DNA of 64,000 bases from assembly GCA_963764625.1 (NCBI GenBank), contig CAVXTH010000005.1, positions 96,001 to 160,000 of the forward strand. The letters run 5' to 3'. Shown in pieces: positions 1 to 9,329 of the stretch. The translations under genes and the position numbers were made by a program. Below the pieces are notes generated by a model. It saw only the letters and a list, made by a program, of their open reading frames with translations, was not told the origin of the DNA and searched no databases. The DNA is from Candidatus Krumholzibacteriota bacterium (GTDB lineage: Bacteria > Krumholzibacteriota > Krumholzibacteriia > JAJRXK01). Position 1 is the first letter of the stretch, and the number at the start of each line of letters is the position of its first letter.

Positions 1-177
1 GCCGAACAACTCGAGGCTGTCGTAGTACTCCTGACTGCGGGTCACGGCCTTCTTCTGGGTGCCTTGGTCGTCCTGATCGCTTTTTCCGCGTCCAGCGGCG
101 GCCCCGAGAACGAACCCGGTGCACAGCACGGCCACGACCGAGACTGCGAGGAGGAGTTTGCGGCGATTGAGCTTCAT
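1..177 (-). CDS. 5' part of a probable S41 carboxy-terminal processing protease (CtpA/Prc-like); runs off the window
   Basis: Manual translation from ATG 177: MKLNRRKLLLAVSVVAVLCTGFVLGAAAG...QEYYDSLELFG. Signal/anchor helix followed by a Y-x-x-L-E-L-F segment typical of CtpA N-termini. Confidence 0.55.
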   Translation of the reverse strand, partial: MKLNRRKLLLAVSVVAVLCTGFVLGAAAGRGKSDQDDQGTQKKAVTRSQEYYDSLELFG

Positions 178-293
178 GGAGTGTCCCCTGACTGGTGAAT
201 GCGCCGAGGATTGAGGTGAGGAAACGCCTGAGATTACGGAAGAAACCGGCGTACGGAGTCGGCAAGCTCACGTTAAGAGCTTGTACGAACGAC

Positions 294-309
294 AGCAATA
301 TGTGTTCCG
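294..309 (-). promoter_or_regulatory. Putative sigma54 -24/-12 promoter
   Basis: Minus strand CGGAACACATATTGCT (GG-N10-GC, TTGCT), about 117 nt upstream of ATG 177. Confidence 0.45.
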
Positions 310-371
310 CGCAACTGGGGCCGGACGGCGCGCCCGAGTCCTCTCGGGGAAGCCTGGGGCAGGCTGGGGAA

Positions 372-1010
372 TCAACCCGACCGGAGGCGCAGGAGGACTT
401 TCAAGTGGGTCCAGGCCTCCTCGCTGAGCGCTTCGCGCGAGAGGGTCCCGTCCAGGACCCGGAAACGCTCGGGGTGCCGCGCCGCGAGCTTTGCGTAGCC
501 CACGCGGACCCGCTCGTGAAACTCGAACTCCTCGCTCTCCATCCGATCCCGCTCGCGGTTGCCCATCCGGGCCCGGCCCTCCTGGGGGCTGAGCTCCACC
601 AAAAAGGTGAGATCGGGCACCAAGTCGCCCGTCGCCAGCCGGTTCAGCTCCTCGACCCGCTCGAGCCCCAGGCCCCTTCCCTCGCCCTGGTAGGCGGAGG
701 ACGAATCGCCGTAGCGGTCGCAGAGAACGATCTCCCCGCGCTGCAGGGCGGGGCGCAGCACTTCCTCGACCAGTTGCGCCCGGGCCGCGAGCATGAGAAA
801 GAGCTCGCTGAGCGGGCTCAGATCGGTGTGCCTCGAGTCCAGGACCACGCGGCGAATCCGCTCGCCGGGCGCGGTGCCTCCCGGTTCCCGGCTCAAGATG
901 ACGGTGTGGCCGCTCGCATTCAGACGCTCGGCCAGGGCCCGCAGCAGAGTGGACTTCCCGCAACCCTCTACCCCCTCGAAGGTCACCAGTATGCCCAGCT
1001 CCGGCTTCAC
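372..1010 (-). CDS. tmk: Thymidylate kinase
   Basis: TFEGVEGCGKST P-loop, REPGGT, CDRY..SS.AYQG, PDLTF motifs. GTG start at 1010 overlaps the upstream stop. Confidence 0.95.
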   Translation of the reverse strand: MKPELGILVTFEGVEGCGKSTLLRALAERLNASGHTVILSREPGGTAPGERIRRVVLDSRHTDLSPLSELFLMLAARAQLVEEVLRPALQRGEIVLCDRYGDSSSAYQGEGRGLGLERVEELNRLATGDLVPDLTFLVELSPQEGRARMGNRERDRMESEEFEFHERVRVGYAKLAARHPERFRVLDGTLSREALSEEAWTHLKVLLRLRSG

Positions 1011-1630
1011 GCCGATCCGCCTTCCTGAGGTCGATCGAGCTTCCTCGCGACGTGGACGATCCTCTGCACCACCGTGACCCAGGTCAGGATCGCCAGCGCG
1101 AAAACCACGAACCCGGTCGCGGTGCGCCCCAGCATGAGACCGGCACTCAAGAGAACAATCCGTTCGGGTCGCTCCAACCACCCCACTCTGCACTCGGTCC
1201 CTAGGCCCTCCGCCCGCGCGCGCGCATAGGAGGTGATGAGCGAGCCGGCCAGAGCCAAGAGAGTCAGCTCCGAAAGCCAGGGCAAGGAGTACTGATTCAG
1301 TCTCATGTCGTGAAGCAGTCCGAGTAGGAGCGCGGTTTCGCTGAGCCGATCGAAAGTGGAATCGAGAAAGGCTCCGAGCAGAGAGACCCGGTTCTGCCGG
1401 CGCGCGAGCGCGCCGTCGAGCATGTCGAATCCGCTGGCGAAGAGGAACGCGAGACCGCCGAAGAACAGGTGGCCCCGCCACACGATGGCGGCCGCGCCAA
1501 AATTCAGGAAGAGACCAACGAAGGTCAGAAGAGTGGGCGTAAATCCCGCCGCATCCAGAACGCGAACCAGCGGCTGGATCCGGTCGCGGATGACTTGATG
1601 GAGGTCGATCTTGCTCACGGAAGCAGTCAA
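1007..1630 (-). CDS. CDP-alcohol phosphatidyltransferase (PgsA / PIP-synthase-like)
   Basis: DMLDGALARR...GAFLDSTFDRLSE signature and SYARARAEGLG...ERPER. Start estimated at TTG 1630 after a GGAAGGG RBS-like sequence. Confidence 0.88.
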   Translation of the reverse strand: MTASVSKIDLHQVIRDRIQPLVRVLDAAGFTPTLLTFVGLFLNFGAAAIVWRGHLFFGGLAFLFASGFDMLDGALARRQNRVSLLGAFLDSTFDRLSETALLLGLLHDMRLNQYSLPWLSELTLLALAGSLITSYARARAEGLGTECRVGWLERPERIVLLSAGLMLGRTATGFVVFALAILTWVTVVQRIVHVARKLDRPQEGGSA

Positions 1631-1649
1631 CCCTTCCTGGCCGCCGCTG

Positions 1650-2336
1650 TCAAGCAGTGGCGGGGGCGAGAACCAAGACGAGTTCGCCTTTCGGCGGATG
1701 GTCGCGGTAGTACTCCAGCTGCTCGACGGCGGTGCCACGCCGCACCTCTTCGTGCAGCTTGGTCATCTCACGACAGACGGCGAGCCGCCGGTCCGGCAGG
1801 GTTTCCACGAAGAGAGGCAGGCTCTTGAGCAGTCGATGACTCGATTCCAGCACCACGATGGTTCGCTCCTCTTGCCTATAGCCGTTCAGCTGGCGGGCGA
1901 GCCGTCCGCTCCGCCGCGCGAGCCAGCCGTCGAACACGAAGCGATCGGTGGGGAATCCGCTGAGCGCCAGGGCCATGATCACGCTGGACGGTCCGGGGAC
2001 CATGCTCACCAAGAAGCCCGAGCGGACCGCGGCGCGCACCACTCTGAAGCCCGGATCGGCGACCAGGGGCGTACCCGCGTCGCTCACCAGCGCGACGTTC
2101 TCCCCCGCGGCCAGACTCTCCATGATCTCGCGAGCCCTCTCCTCTTCGTTGTGATCGTGACAGGATCGCAGTCGAGCCTCGATCCCGAGCCTCTTGAGCA
2201 GTTTTCCGGTGTGTCGAGTATCTTCCGCGTAGATGCGATCGGCCTCGCGCAGAGTTCTCTGCGCGCGGGGAGAAAGGTCCTCGAGGTTGCCGATGGGAGT
2301 CGCCACCAGGGTGAGCACGTCGCCTATCCCATCCAA
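1650..2336 (-). CDS. rsmI: 16S rRNA (cytidine1402-2'-O)-methyltransferase
   Basis: LVATPIGNLEDLSPRA, AEDTRHT, LVSDAGTPLVADPG, REMTKLHEE, KGELVLV. Confidence 0.95.
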   Translation of the reverse strand: MDGIGDVLTLVATPIGNLEDLSPRAQRTLREADRIYAEDTRHTGKLLKRLGIEARLRSCHDHNEEERAREIMESLAAGENVALVSDAGTPLVADPGFRVVRAAVRSGFLVSMVPGPSSVIMALALSGFPTDRFVFDGWLARRSGRLARQLNGYRQEERTIVVLESSHRLLKSLPLFVETLPDRRLAVCREMTKLHEEVRRGTAVEQLEYYRDHPPKGELVLVLAPATA

Positions 2337-3208
2337 TCGCGCGGATACAGAAAGTCCTTGTCCACGGTGCGATTGCTGAGTTTCACGATTACGGGCATCT
2401 TGCGCTTGTACTGCGATCGCTTCATGAGCGTAGTCACGCGATCGATGAGCTCAGGGGCAAACCCGAGGCGCAGCAGTCCCTCCCTTCGCTGCCTTCGATC
2501 GACCATCTCGTACAGCAGGTGATCCACTTCCGCGTACTTCATGCCCAGTTCGGCCTCGTCGGTCTGTCCCTGCCAGAGATCGGCGCTCGGCGGCTTGTTC
2601 ACGATCTCCTCGGGGATACCCAGGTGACGGGACAGCGCGAAGACCTGGCTCTTGTAGAGGTCACCGATTGCATTCACCGCGCTGGCCGAATCGCCGAAGA
2701 TGGTGGAATAGCCCAGCAGCAGTTCGGTCTTGTTGGAAGTGCCCAGCACGAGGCCGCTGCGCGCCTGGCTGTAATCGTAGAGGATGGTCATGCGTTCGCG
2801 CGCCATCTTGTTGCCACGCCGGTTGCGATCGGCCTCGGGATGCTTCGCAAAGTAGGCGTCGATCTGCGGCGTGATCTCTTCGAGCTTCGATTCGATTCCG
2901 AGCGCGTCCACCACGAGGCGCGCGTGGAGCAGACTCTCCGGGGAGCTAGCGGCGTAGGGCATGAGGAGGGCGAGGACGTTTTCCGGCCCGAAAGTGCGCG
3001 CCGCCAGGGCCGCCACCAGCGCGGAGTCGATTCCACCGGAGAGGCCCAGTAACACCTTGGAAAATCCCGCGCGCACCACTTCTCTCTGAAGTCCGGCGCT
3101 GAGGACTCGCACCGCGGCGTCCCACTGCAACTCGAGCGCTCCCAGAGCCCCGAGTTCACGCTGGGGTTCTTGCAACGGATTCGCGGACGGCTTTGAGCCG
3201 CGTCTCAT
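2324..3208 (-). CDS. nadE: NAD+ synthetase, synthetase subunit
   Basis: LGLSGGIDS, GNKMARERM, GTSNKTE, DLYKSQV, PPSADLWQGQTDE. Confidence 0.93.
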   Translation of the reverse strand: MRRGSKPSANPLQEPQRELGALGALELQWDAAVRVLSAGLQREVVRAGFSKVLLGLSGGIDSALVAALAARTFGPENVLALLMPYAASSPESLLHARLVVDALGIESKLEEITPQIDAYFAKHPEADRNRRGNKMARERMTILYDYSQARSGLVLGTSNKTELLLGYSTIFGDSASAVNAIGDLYKSQVFALSRHLGIPEEIVNKPPSADLWQGQTDEAELGMKYAEVDHLLYEMVDRRQRREGLLRLGFAPELIDRVTTLMKRSQYKRKMPVIVKLSNRTVDKDFLYPRDWMG

Positions 3209-4101
3209 TCGTCGCCCTCCTGGTCCTCGAAGGACTCCGGGCTGGAGGCGGCGGCGCTGCGCGCCGACGCGATGCGGCCCAGCTCTCTTCGCGTGAGCTC
3301 GATCTTCTCGTCCCGCAGGATGGGGTTACTCAATCGTGCCTGCCGCACTTTCTCGAAGTCGATTTCTCCCACCACCAATTGCTCGTCGTACAGAGCTCCC
3401 ACCGCGAGCTCGCTCCCATCCGGGCCCAAGAGCACGCTGCGACCCCAGAACACCAACCCGTCTTCGCTTCCCACTCGATTGCAAAACGCGATGTAGCAGC
3501 CGTAGAGCCGGGCGTAGGTGCGCAGGGTGTCCACCCAGGTTCGGGCGTTCTGGGGCATTTCACCCTCGCGGAGGTCGCGTACCGGACTCGCGGTCTGTAC
3601 CACCAGCAACTGTGCGCCGTCGAGCAAGAGCATGGTCACGAGCGAAGGGTGCCACGAGTCTTCGCAAATGGTGAAACCGATCCGGCCGTAACGAGTGCGA
3701 GCCGCGACCACGCTGCTCCCGGCTCCAACGAATCTCGCCTCGTCGAACACTCCGTAACTGGCCAGATACACCTTCCGGTGCACGTGCTTCACCTGACCTC
3801 TCTCGAGATAGAAAGAAGAGATGTACTGGGCGTGCCCTTCCGACTCCTCGATGCCTCCCACGCAGAGCGACATATCGCCGGCGGCCTTGCCCAGCCGGCC
3901 GAAGAGAGGATCGGCAGCGCTCATCGCGAGGTCCCCCACCATGTCTTGCAGCAGGTAGCCCGAAAGCGAGAGTTCGGGAAAGACCAGCAGGTCGACTTTC
4001 TCTTTGCGCGCGCGCCGGATCCACTCCTCGTGAATGGCGGCGTTCGCCTCGAGGTCGCCCAGTTTGAGGTTGCATTGGGCCAAACCGATACGCAGGTCCA
4101 T
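3205..4101 (-). CDS. Carbon-nitrogen hydrolase; probable stand-alone glutaminase subunit of NAD synthetase
   Basis: Nitrilase triad FPEL / HRKVYL / ICED, plus VFDEARF. ATGA overlap with nadE. Start MDLRIGLAQ at 4101. Confidence 0.88.
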   Translation of the reverse strand: MDLRIGLAQCNLKLGDLEANAAIHEEWIRRARKEKVDLLVFPELSLSGYLLQDMVGDLAMSAADPLFGRLGKAAGDMSLCVGGIEESEGHAQYISSFYLERGQVKHVHRKVYLASYGVFDEARFVGAGSSVVAARTRYGRIGFTICEDSWHPSLVTMLLLDGAQLLVVQTASPVRDLREGEMPQNARTWVDTLRTYARLYGCYIAFCNRVGSEDGLVFWGRSVLLGPDGSELAVGALYDEQLVVGEIDFEKVRQARLSNPILRDEKIELTRRELGRIASARSAAASSPESFEDQEGDE

Positions 4102-4117
4102 CTCCGCTCCACTTTCG

Positions 4118-5563
4118 TCAGTGCTTGCGCCAGAACTCCGGAGCAAACAAGACCAACACGGTGTAGAGTTCGAGCCTCCCCACCAACATACAGAAAGTCA
4201 GAACCCACTTTCCCACCACATGAACGTGGGCAAAGTTGTTGGTCGGACCCACGCTTCCCACCCCGGGGCCGATGTTGTTGAGAGTTGCCGCCACACTGCC
4301 GAAGGCCGAGACCAGATCCAAGCCCACCAAGGTCATGCAAAACGTGGCCAGGGTGGTGATGATCATCATCAAGAGGATGAAGCCCATGATGTTGGTCACG
4401 ATGTCCGGCGGTACGCCGCTGCGATTGAAGCGAATGGTGTACACCGCTCTAGGGTGCAGCAGCTTTCTCAACTCGTTGCTCGCATGTCTCAGAAAGATCA
4501 AGAACCGGGCGTTCTTCATGCCTCCCCCCGTCGACCCCGCACAGCCCCCGATGAACATCAAGAGCAGGAGCAGGTACTGAGGCATGCTTCCCCACTTCGC
4601 GTAGTCCTCGGTGCAGAATCCGGTCGTCGTCATGATGGAAACGACCTGAAAGAAACTGCCCCTGAGGTTGCGGCCGATGCTGAACTCGGCGAGACGGAGA
4701 TTGGAGAGAAAAATGATGGAGACAGCCACGAGAATGACGACGAGATAGGTGCGAAATTCGTCATCCCGAAAATAATTCTTGAGGCGCCCGCGCAGCGCTG
4801 CGAAGTGCAGGGAGAAGTTGGCTCCCGCGATGAACATGAACACGATCATGATGATTTCGGCCGCCGGGTTGTGCAGCGCCGCCACGGAGGCATCCTTGGT
4901 CGAGAACCCCCCGGTTGCCATGGTGGTGAAGGTGTGACAGATGGCGTCGAAAGGAGAGAGCCCGCTCAGGATCAGGGCCAGGGCTTCCACCACCGAGATC
5001 AGCACGTAGACTCCCCACAGCAACTTCGCCGTCTCCTTGATCCGCGGAGTGAGTCGATCGGGGCTGGGCCCCGGAGCTTCGGCCTTGAAGAGCTGCATCC
5101 CGCCGATGCCGAGAATGGGCAGGATCGCCAGGCTCAGCACCACGATTCCCATTCCCCCCAACCACTGAATGAGGGAACGCCACAGCAGCATCGAATTGGA
5201 CTGGGCCTGGATATCGGTGAGGATGCTGGCGCCGGTTGTGGTGAAGCCGCTCATCGATTCGAAGTAGGCATCGGTGAAGTTGGGAATGGAGCCACTGATC
5301 CAAAACGGCAGGGCGCCGATCAGGGCCGCCAAGAGCCAACCGAAGGTGACGATGAGAAATCCATCGCGAGTGCCGAGCTCCTGCCGGCCTCGCCCCACTA
5401 CCACCAGGGTTCCCCCCACGACGACGGCCACGAGACCGCTGAGGAGGAATACGACCACCTCGTCCTCGTGGTAGAGGAGAGCACAGATGAGAGGAACGAC
5501 CATGGCGATGCCGGTGGCGAACGCCAGCAGGCCAAGAACTCGAAGTACCACACGTGGATTCAA
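4118..5563 (-). CDS. trkH: Trk potassium uptake membrane subunit
   Basis: FESMSGFTTTGAS, WLGGMGI, TMATGGFS, GGCAGSTGGG.K, MLVGRLE pore motifs. Confidence 0.95.
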   Translation of the reverse strand: MNPRVVLRVLGLLAFATGIAMVVPLICALLYHEDEVVVFLLSGLVAVVVGGTLVVVGRGRQELGTRDGFLIVTFGWLLAALIGALPFWISGSIPNFTDAYFESMSGFTTTGASILTDIQAQSNSMLLWRSLIQWLGGMGIVVLSLAILPILGIGGMQLFKAEAPGPSPDRLTPRIKETAKLLWGVYVLISVVEALALILSGLSPFDAICHTFTTMATGGFSTKDASVAALHNPAAEIIMIVFMFIAGANFSLHFAALRGRLKNYFRDDEFRTYLVVILVAVSIIFLSNLRLAEFSIGRNLRGSFFQVVSIMTTTGFCTEDYAKWGSMPQYLLLLLMFIGGCAGSTGGGMKNARFLIFLRHASNELRKLLHPRAVYTIRFNRSGVPPDIVTNIMGFILLMMIITTLATFCMTLVGLDLVSAFGSVAATLNNIGPGVGSVGPTNNFAHVHVVGKWVLTFCMLVGRLELYTVLVLFAPEFWRKH

Positions 5564-5573
5564 GTTCGCCGTC

Positions 5574-6905
5574 CTAGAAGAGCTTCTGCACCGCGCTCAC
5601 CGCGCTCGGGAGCGCGAACACGAGGACCTTGTCACCGGGATCGATGACGTCACCCCCTCGAGGAATCACGATCTGATAGGGCTTGATGATGGCGCCGAGC
5701 AGAGCGTTGCGAGTGAACTCCAATTCGGAGATGGGAATTCCCGTCACCTTGGAAGTCTCGGTGGCCTGCAACTCCACGATCTCAGCTTCGTTTTCCTTGA
5801 GTGAAGTGAGGCTGAGCAGATTCCCGCGCCGGAAGTAGCGCATGATGGCGTCGGCCGTCGAGAGACGCGGAGAGACCGCCGCGTCGACTCCGATGGTGGA
5901 GAGAAGCGGTACGTAGTTCGGCTGACGGATGAGAGCAATCGTCTTATGCGCACCGTGAGTACGCGCGAGGAGACTCGCCATGAGATTCATGTCGTCGTCT
6001 TCGCTCAGGGCCACGAAGCCGTCCATCTCGGCCAATCCTTCGCTCTCGAGAAACTCGAGATCGGTGGGATCGCCCAGTAGCACCAGAGTGTTCTCCAGTT
6101 TCGTGCTGGCCCGGTGCGCGAGCTCGGAATTGCGCTCCAGCAATTTCACCGCGATCCCGTTCTCGCTGAGCATTCGCGCCAGACTCACTCCGATCGAATT
6201 GGCCCCCACGATCATCACGGCTTCGATCGGCGCGGTGGGCGGCGCCAGGTATTGTAGCGCCTCCTCGATCTTCCCCCGACGGCCCACGATGAACACCTGG
6301 TCGTCTTCCTGGAGGAGATCCTCCCCGCAGGGGATGATGGTCTTGCCCGAACGCGTGATGGAGGCGACGAGGGCCCACCGCGCGCCGAGTTCGCTCTCGA
6401 TTTCCACCAGGCTTTTGCCCTCGACGGCGGCACCCCTCCCCACTCGCGCGCCGATCACCTGCACCCGACCATCCGCGAACTCGTAGATGTCGGTGGCCGC
6501 TTTCTTCTGCAGCAACTCGTGGAGTGCGTTCACCGCTTCCCGGTCGGGATTGATGAGGTGGTTGATCTCTTCAAAGCAGGAAGATTCGCCGGTGTAGTAC
6601 TCTTCGTTTCGCACCCGCGCGACTTTGGTGGGCACCCCCAGCCGATGAGCCGTAAGGCAGGCCAGAATGTTGATCTCGTCCACGTCGGTGACCGCGATGA
6701 GAATGTCGGTCTTCTCGACTTCCGCCTCCTGGAGCATGGAAATCGTCGCGCCGTTGCCCTGGAGCACCAGCGCGTCGAGGTGCTGCTGTGCCTCGGCCAC
6801 GACCGCCTCGTTGGATTCGATGAGGGTAACGTCGTGATTCTCTCGGCTCAGACGTTCCGCGACGATCGAACCCACGGCTCCCGCCCCGACGATGATGATC
6901 TTCAT
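5574..6905 (-). CDS. trkA: Trk potassium uptake regulatory subunit (two RCK domains)
   Basis: MKIIIVGAGAVG Rossmann start and a second RCK (VMIVGA); 443 aa; adjacent to trkH. Confidence 0.95.
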   Translation of the reverse strand: MKIIIVGAGAVGSIVAERLSRENHDVTLIESNEAVVAEAQQHLDALVLQGNGATISMLQEAEVEKTDILIAVTDVDEINILACLTAHRLGVPTKVARVRNEEYYTGESSCFEEINHLINPDREAVNALHELLQKKAATDIYEFADGRVQVIGARVGRGAAVEGKSLVEIESELGARWALVASITRSGKTIIPCGEDLLQEDDQVFIVGRRGKIEEALQYLAPPTAPIEAVMIVGANSIGVSLARMLSENGIAVKLLERNSELAHRASTKLENTLVLLGDPTDLEFLESEGLAEMDGFVALSEDDDMNLMASLLARTHGAHKTIALIRQPNYVPLLSTIGVDAAVSPRLSTADAIMRYFRRGNLLSLTSLKENEAEIVELQATETSKVTGIPISELEFTRNALLGAIIKPYQIVIPRGGDVIDPGDKVLVFALPSAVSAVQKLF

Positions 6906-6928
6906 CGCAAATCCTCCAGCCGCGGATT

Positions 6929-7951
6929 CTAGAGAGAGAGCCCGTTCAGGATGAATAGGGCGCGCTCGCAGTCTTCCTTGCTGACATCCAGGTGAGTGGT
7001 GAGGCGGATTCTGGCGGGGCCGAAGGCCACACCGAGCACGTCTTTCTCGGCCAGGGCCGCCAGCAGGCGCTCCGCCCCGATGGCCTCATCCACGTCGACG
7101 AGCACGATGTTGGTTTCGGGCAGGGCGGCAACTCGGATCCGTGGATGATCGAGACCTTCGGCGAGCATCCGCGCGTTTTCGTGATCCAGTTGGAGCCGGG
7201 AGAAATTGTGGTCGAGCGCGTAGAGACAAGCGGCGGCGAGAAGCCCCGATTGCCGCATTCCACCCCCGAAGCGTTTGCGCAGACGCCGGCCCCGATCGAT
7301 CTCCTCTTTGCTTCCGGCGAGGCACGATCCGACGGGTGCCCCAAGCCCCTTGGAGAAGCAGACGGAGACCGTGTCCACATTCTCACACCAGCGCGCGAGC
7401 GGGATCGATGTGGCCACCGAAGCATTGAACAGCCTGGCTCCGTCCAGGTGCAGCTTCAATCCCCGATCGTGACAGCCTTGTCCGACCTCATCGATGCACT
7501 GCAGCGGGACGATCGTGCCACCCTGTCGATTGTGAGTGTTCTCCAGGCAGACCAAGGAAGCTCTGGCTTTGTGAAGGTTGTCCGGTGCGATCGCTTTCTC
7601 GATATCGCTCCACGAGGGGGCTCCGCGCTGCGTGACCACCAGAGTCGGCCACAGGCCCGAGAGAGCGGCGGGAGCGCCCGCCTCGTAGTGGTAGATGTGA
7701 CTCTCGGCTTCCAGAATGATCTGATCGCCCGGACGGGTGTGGAGCCCGACTCCGATCTGATTGCTCATCGTGCCGCTGGGAACGTAGAGGGCCGCTTCCT
7801 TGCCCAGCTCCTTTGCGACCCTTTCCTGCAAGCGGTTGACGGTGGGGTCGTCTCCGTGGACGTCATCTCCGACTTCGGCTTCCGCGATGACGCGCCGCAT
7901 CGCGGAGCCGGGCCGCGTGATCGTGTCACTGCGTAGGTCGATGGTTTTCAT
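6929..7951 (-). CDS. ltaE: Low-specificity L-threonine aldolase
   Basis: IDLRSDTIT, VGDDV.G.DPTV, PSGTMSN, ENTHN, HLDGARLFNA, FSKGLGAPVGS. Confidence 0.93.
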   Translation of the reverse strand: MKTIDLRSDTITRPGSAMRRVIAEAEVGDDVHGDDPTVNRLQERVAKELGKEAALYVPSGTMSNQIGVGLHTRPGDQIILEAESHIYHYEAGAPAALSGLWPTLVVTQRGAPSWSDIEKAIAPDNLHKARASLVCLENTHNRQGGTIVPLQCIDEVGQGCHDRGLKLHLDGARLFNASVATSIPLARWCENVDTVSVCFSKGLGAPVGSCLAGSKEEIDRGRRLRKRFGGGMRQSGLLAAACLYALDHNFSRLQLDHENARMLAEGLDHPRIRVAALPETNIVLVDVDEAIGAERLLAALAEKDVLGVAFGPARIRLTTHLDVSKEDCERALFILNGLSL

Positions 7952-7993
7952 TGCTTCGTGACGGATCTCGTCCGCGCAGCCAGGAGGAGCGGG

Positions 7994-8272
7994 CTAGGTC
8001 AGTGCGACCCGGTCCTTGAGCATCTTGCTCACTTTGAATACGGGCACGCGGCGCTCGGGCACCGGCACCGACTCACCGGTGCGAGGGTTTCTCGCCATGC
8101 GCGCCTTGCGCTGCTTCACCTTGAAGGTACCGAAGCCCCGGATCTCCAAGTGTTTGCCCTCGGCGAGAGCGGTGCCGACACTCTTGAGGAAGAGCTCCAC
8201 CGCCTCCGCCACCTCCTTCTTGGTCAACCCCGTCCGCAGTGCGATGTCCTCGACGATATCCTGTTTAGTCAT
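7994..8272 (-). CDS. HU/IHF family DNA-binding protein
   Basis: MTKQDIV...EIRGFGTF.VK.RKARMARNPRTGE.V.VP..VPVFK; 92 aa. Confidence 0.93.
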   Translation of the reverse strand: MTKQDIVEDIALRTGLTKKEVAEAVELFLKSVGTALAEGKHLEIRGFGTFKVKQRKARMARNPRTGESVPVPERRVPVFKVSKMLKDRVALT

Positions 8273-8356
8273 GGGAATACCCGTGGAGAGAAGTGCAAAT
8301 CGATCGGAAACACGTGTCTCCGGTGGCGTGAGCGAAGTCCCCACACCGCCCTTCAA

Positions 8357-8385
8357 GGGATACGCTTCATCTAACTCCTTGTCAA
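8357..8385 (-). promoter_or_regulatory. Putative sigma70 promoter for the HU gene and downstream operon
   Basis: Minus strand TTGACA-N17-TATCCC: perfect -35, partial -10. Confidence 0.5.
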
Positions 8386-8595
8386 CAACCACTTTGTCCC
8401 CTCGGTCCGGACCGAAGCCGGCCGAAGCGCGGGAGGCGGCGGCGCGGCGCGCGTTCGCAAAATGACCGGGCCGTGGCGGTCCTGAGGGCAGCTTGGCGCG
8501 TGTTGGCCCAGAGGGGGCGGATGAGGCGCGCATCAATTCCTTCAGGGTCAAGGACTTACTCCCCCGACCCCGGAGGGCCGTCCCGGGCCTTCACC

Positions 8596-8611
8596 TGGCA
8601 TTTCCTTTGCT
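8596..8611 (+). promoter_or_regulatory. Putative sigma54 -24/-12 promoter
   Basis: TGGCATTTCCTTTGCT, close to the TGGCAC-N5-TTGC(A/T) consensus, upstream of ATG 8744. Confidence 0.65.
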
Positions 8612-8743
8612 GTGGTGCCCAGCAGAAGCGCCACCTCCGCTGAGGGCTTCCCTCCCCGCGAAACGGGCCCGCGGACGGGCGCACCAGAATGAAGTCACAG
8701 TCCTGAGCCGGCATCCGAGTCTGGAATCCGAGGTCTCTACACG

Positions 8744-9178
8744 ATGGTCATCTCCCGACGAGCTTCCCTGATCCTTCTGGGTTTCTTCGCGGTTTCGGCG
8801 CTAATGTACTCGGGTTGTGGCAACGAAACAGCCGGCACCAGCCCCAAACTCGACACGAATCCTCCCGCAGTTCCGGTAGAGCTCACGGTCCAGGCACTTC
8901 CCGGCCAGGGCGTCAGCCTCAGCTGGGCGGCCAACACCGTCGACTCCGATCTCTCCGGTTACGTTGCATATCGCAGCGAATCACCCCATGGCGGGTTTTG
9001 CCCGCTCGCTTCCGGCCCAGTGAGCACCAATTCGCTGCTCGATCGGAGCGCAAGGCCCGGACACAGCTACTGGTACCAGGTCGCCGCACGCGATGTGAAT
9101 CGCAATGAAAGCGCCCGCAGCGCCAGCGCGAGTGTGACGATTTCGGCCGCAACCAAGCCGCAACTGGCCTCTCGCTGA
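8744..9178 (+). CDS. Lipoprotein with a single fibronectin type III domain
   Basis: Lipobox-like YSGC; DTNPPAVP, LSW.AN..SDLSGY.AYRS, Y.YQVAARD.N.NES FN3 pattern. Confidence 0.8.
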   Translation: MVISRRASLILLGFFAVSALMYSGCGNETAGTSPKLDTNPPAVPVELTVQALPGQGVSLSWAANTVDSDLSGYVAYRSESPHGGFCPLASGPVSTNSLLDRSARPGHSYWYQVAARDVNRNESARSASASVTISAATKPQLASR

Positions 9179-9241
9179 GACCCCGGCGCACCGGCGCTCA
9201 CGGTGGACTCTTGGGGCGAATTGCTGCCCGTTGGGGTGAAT

Positions 9242-9257
9242 TGGTACGACTTTCGCT
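9242..9257 (+). promoter_or_regulatory. Putative sigma54 -24/-12 promoter
   Basis: TGGTACGACTTTCGCT (GG-N10-GC), about 73 nt upstream of ATG 9330. Confidence 0.45.
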
Positions 9258-9329
9258 CTCCAGCGGTTGTCTGGGGTTCGCCGCGGATTCGTCCGCAAAA
9301 CGAGGCTACGAGCTCGCGTGGGGAGCACC

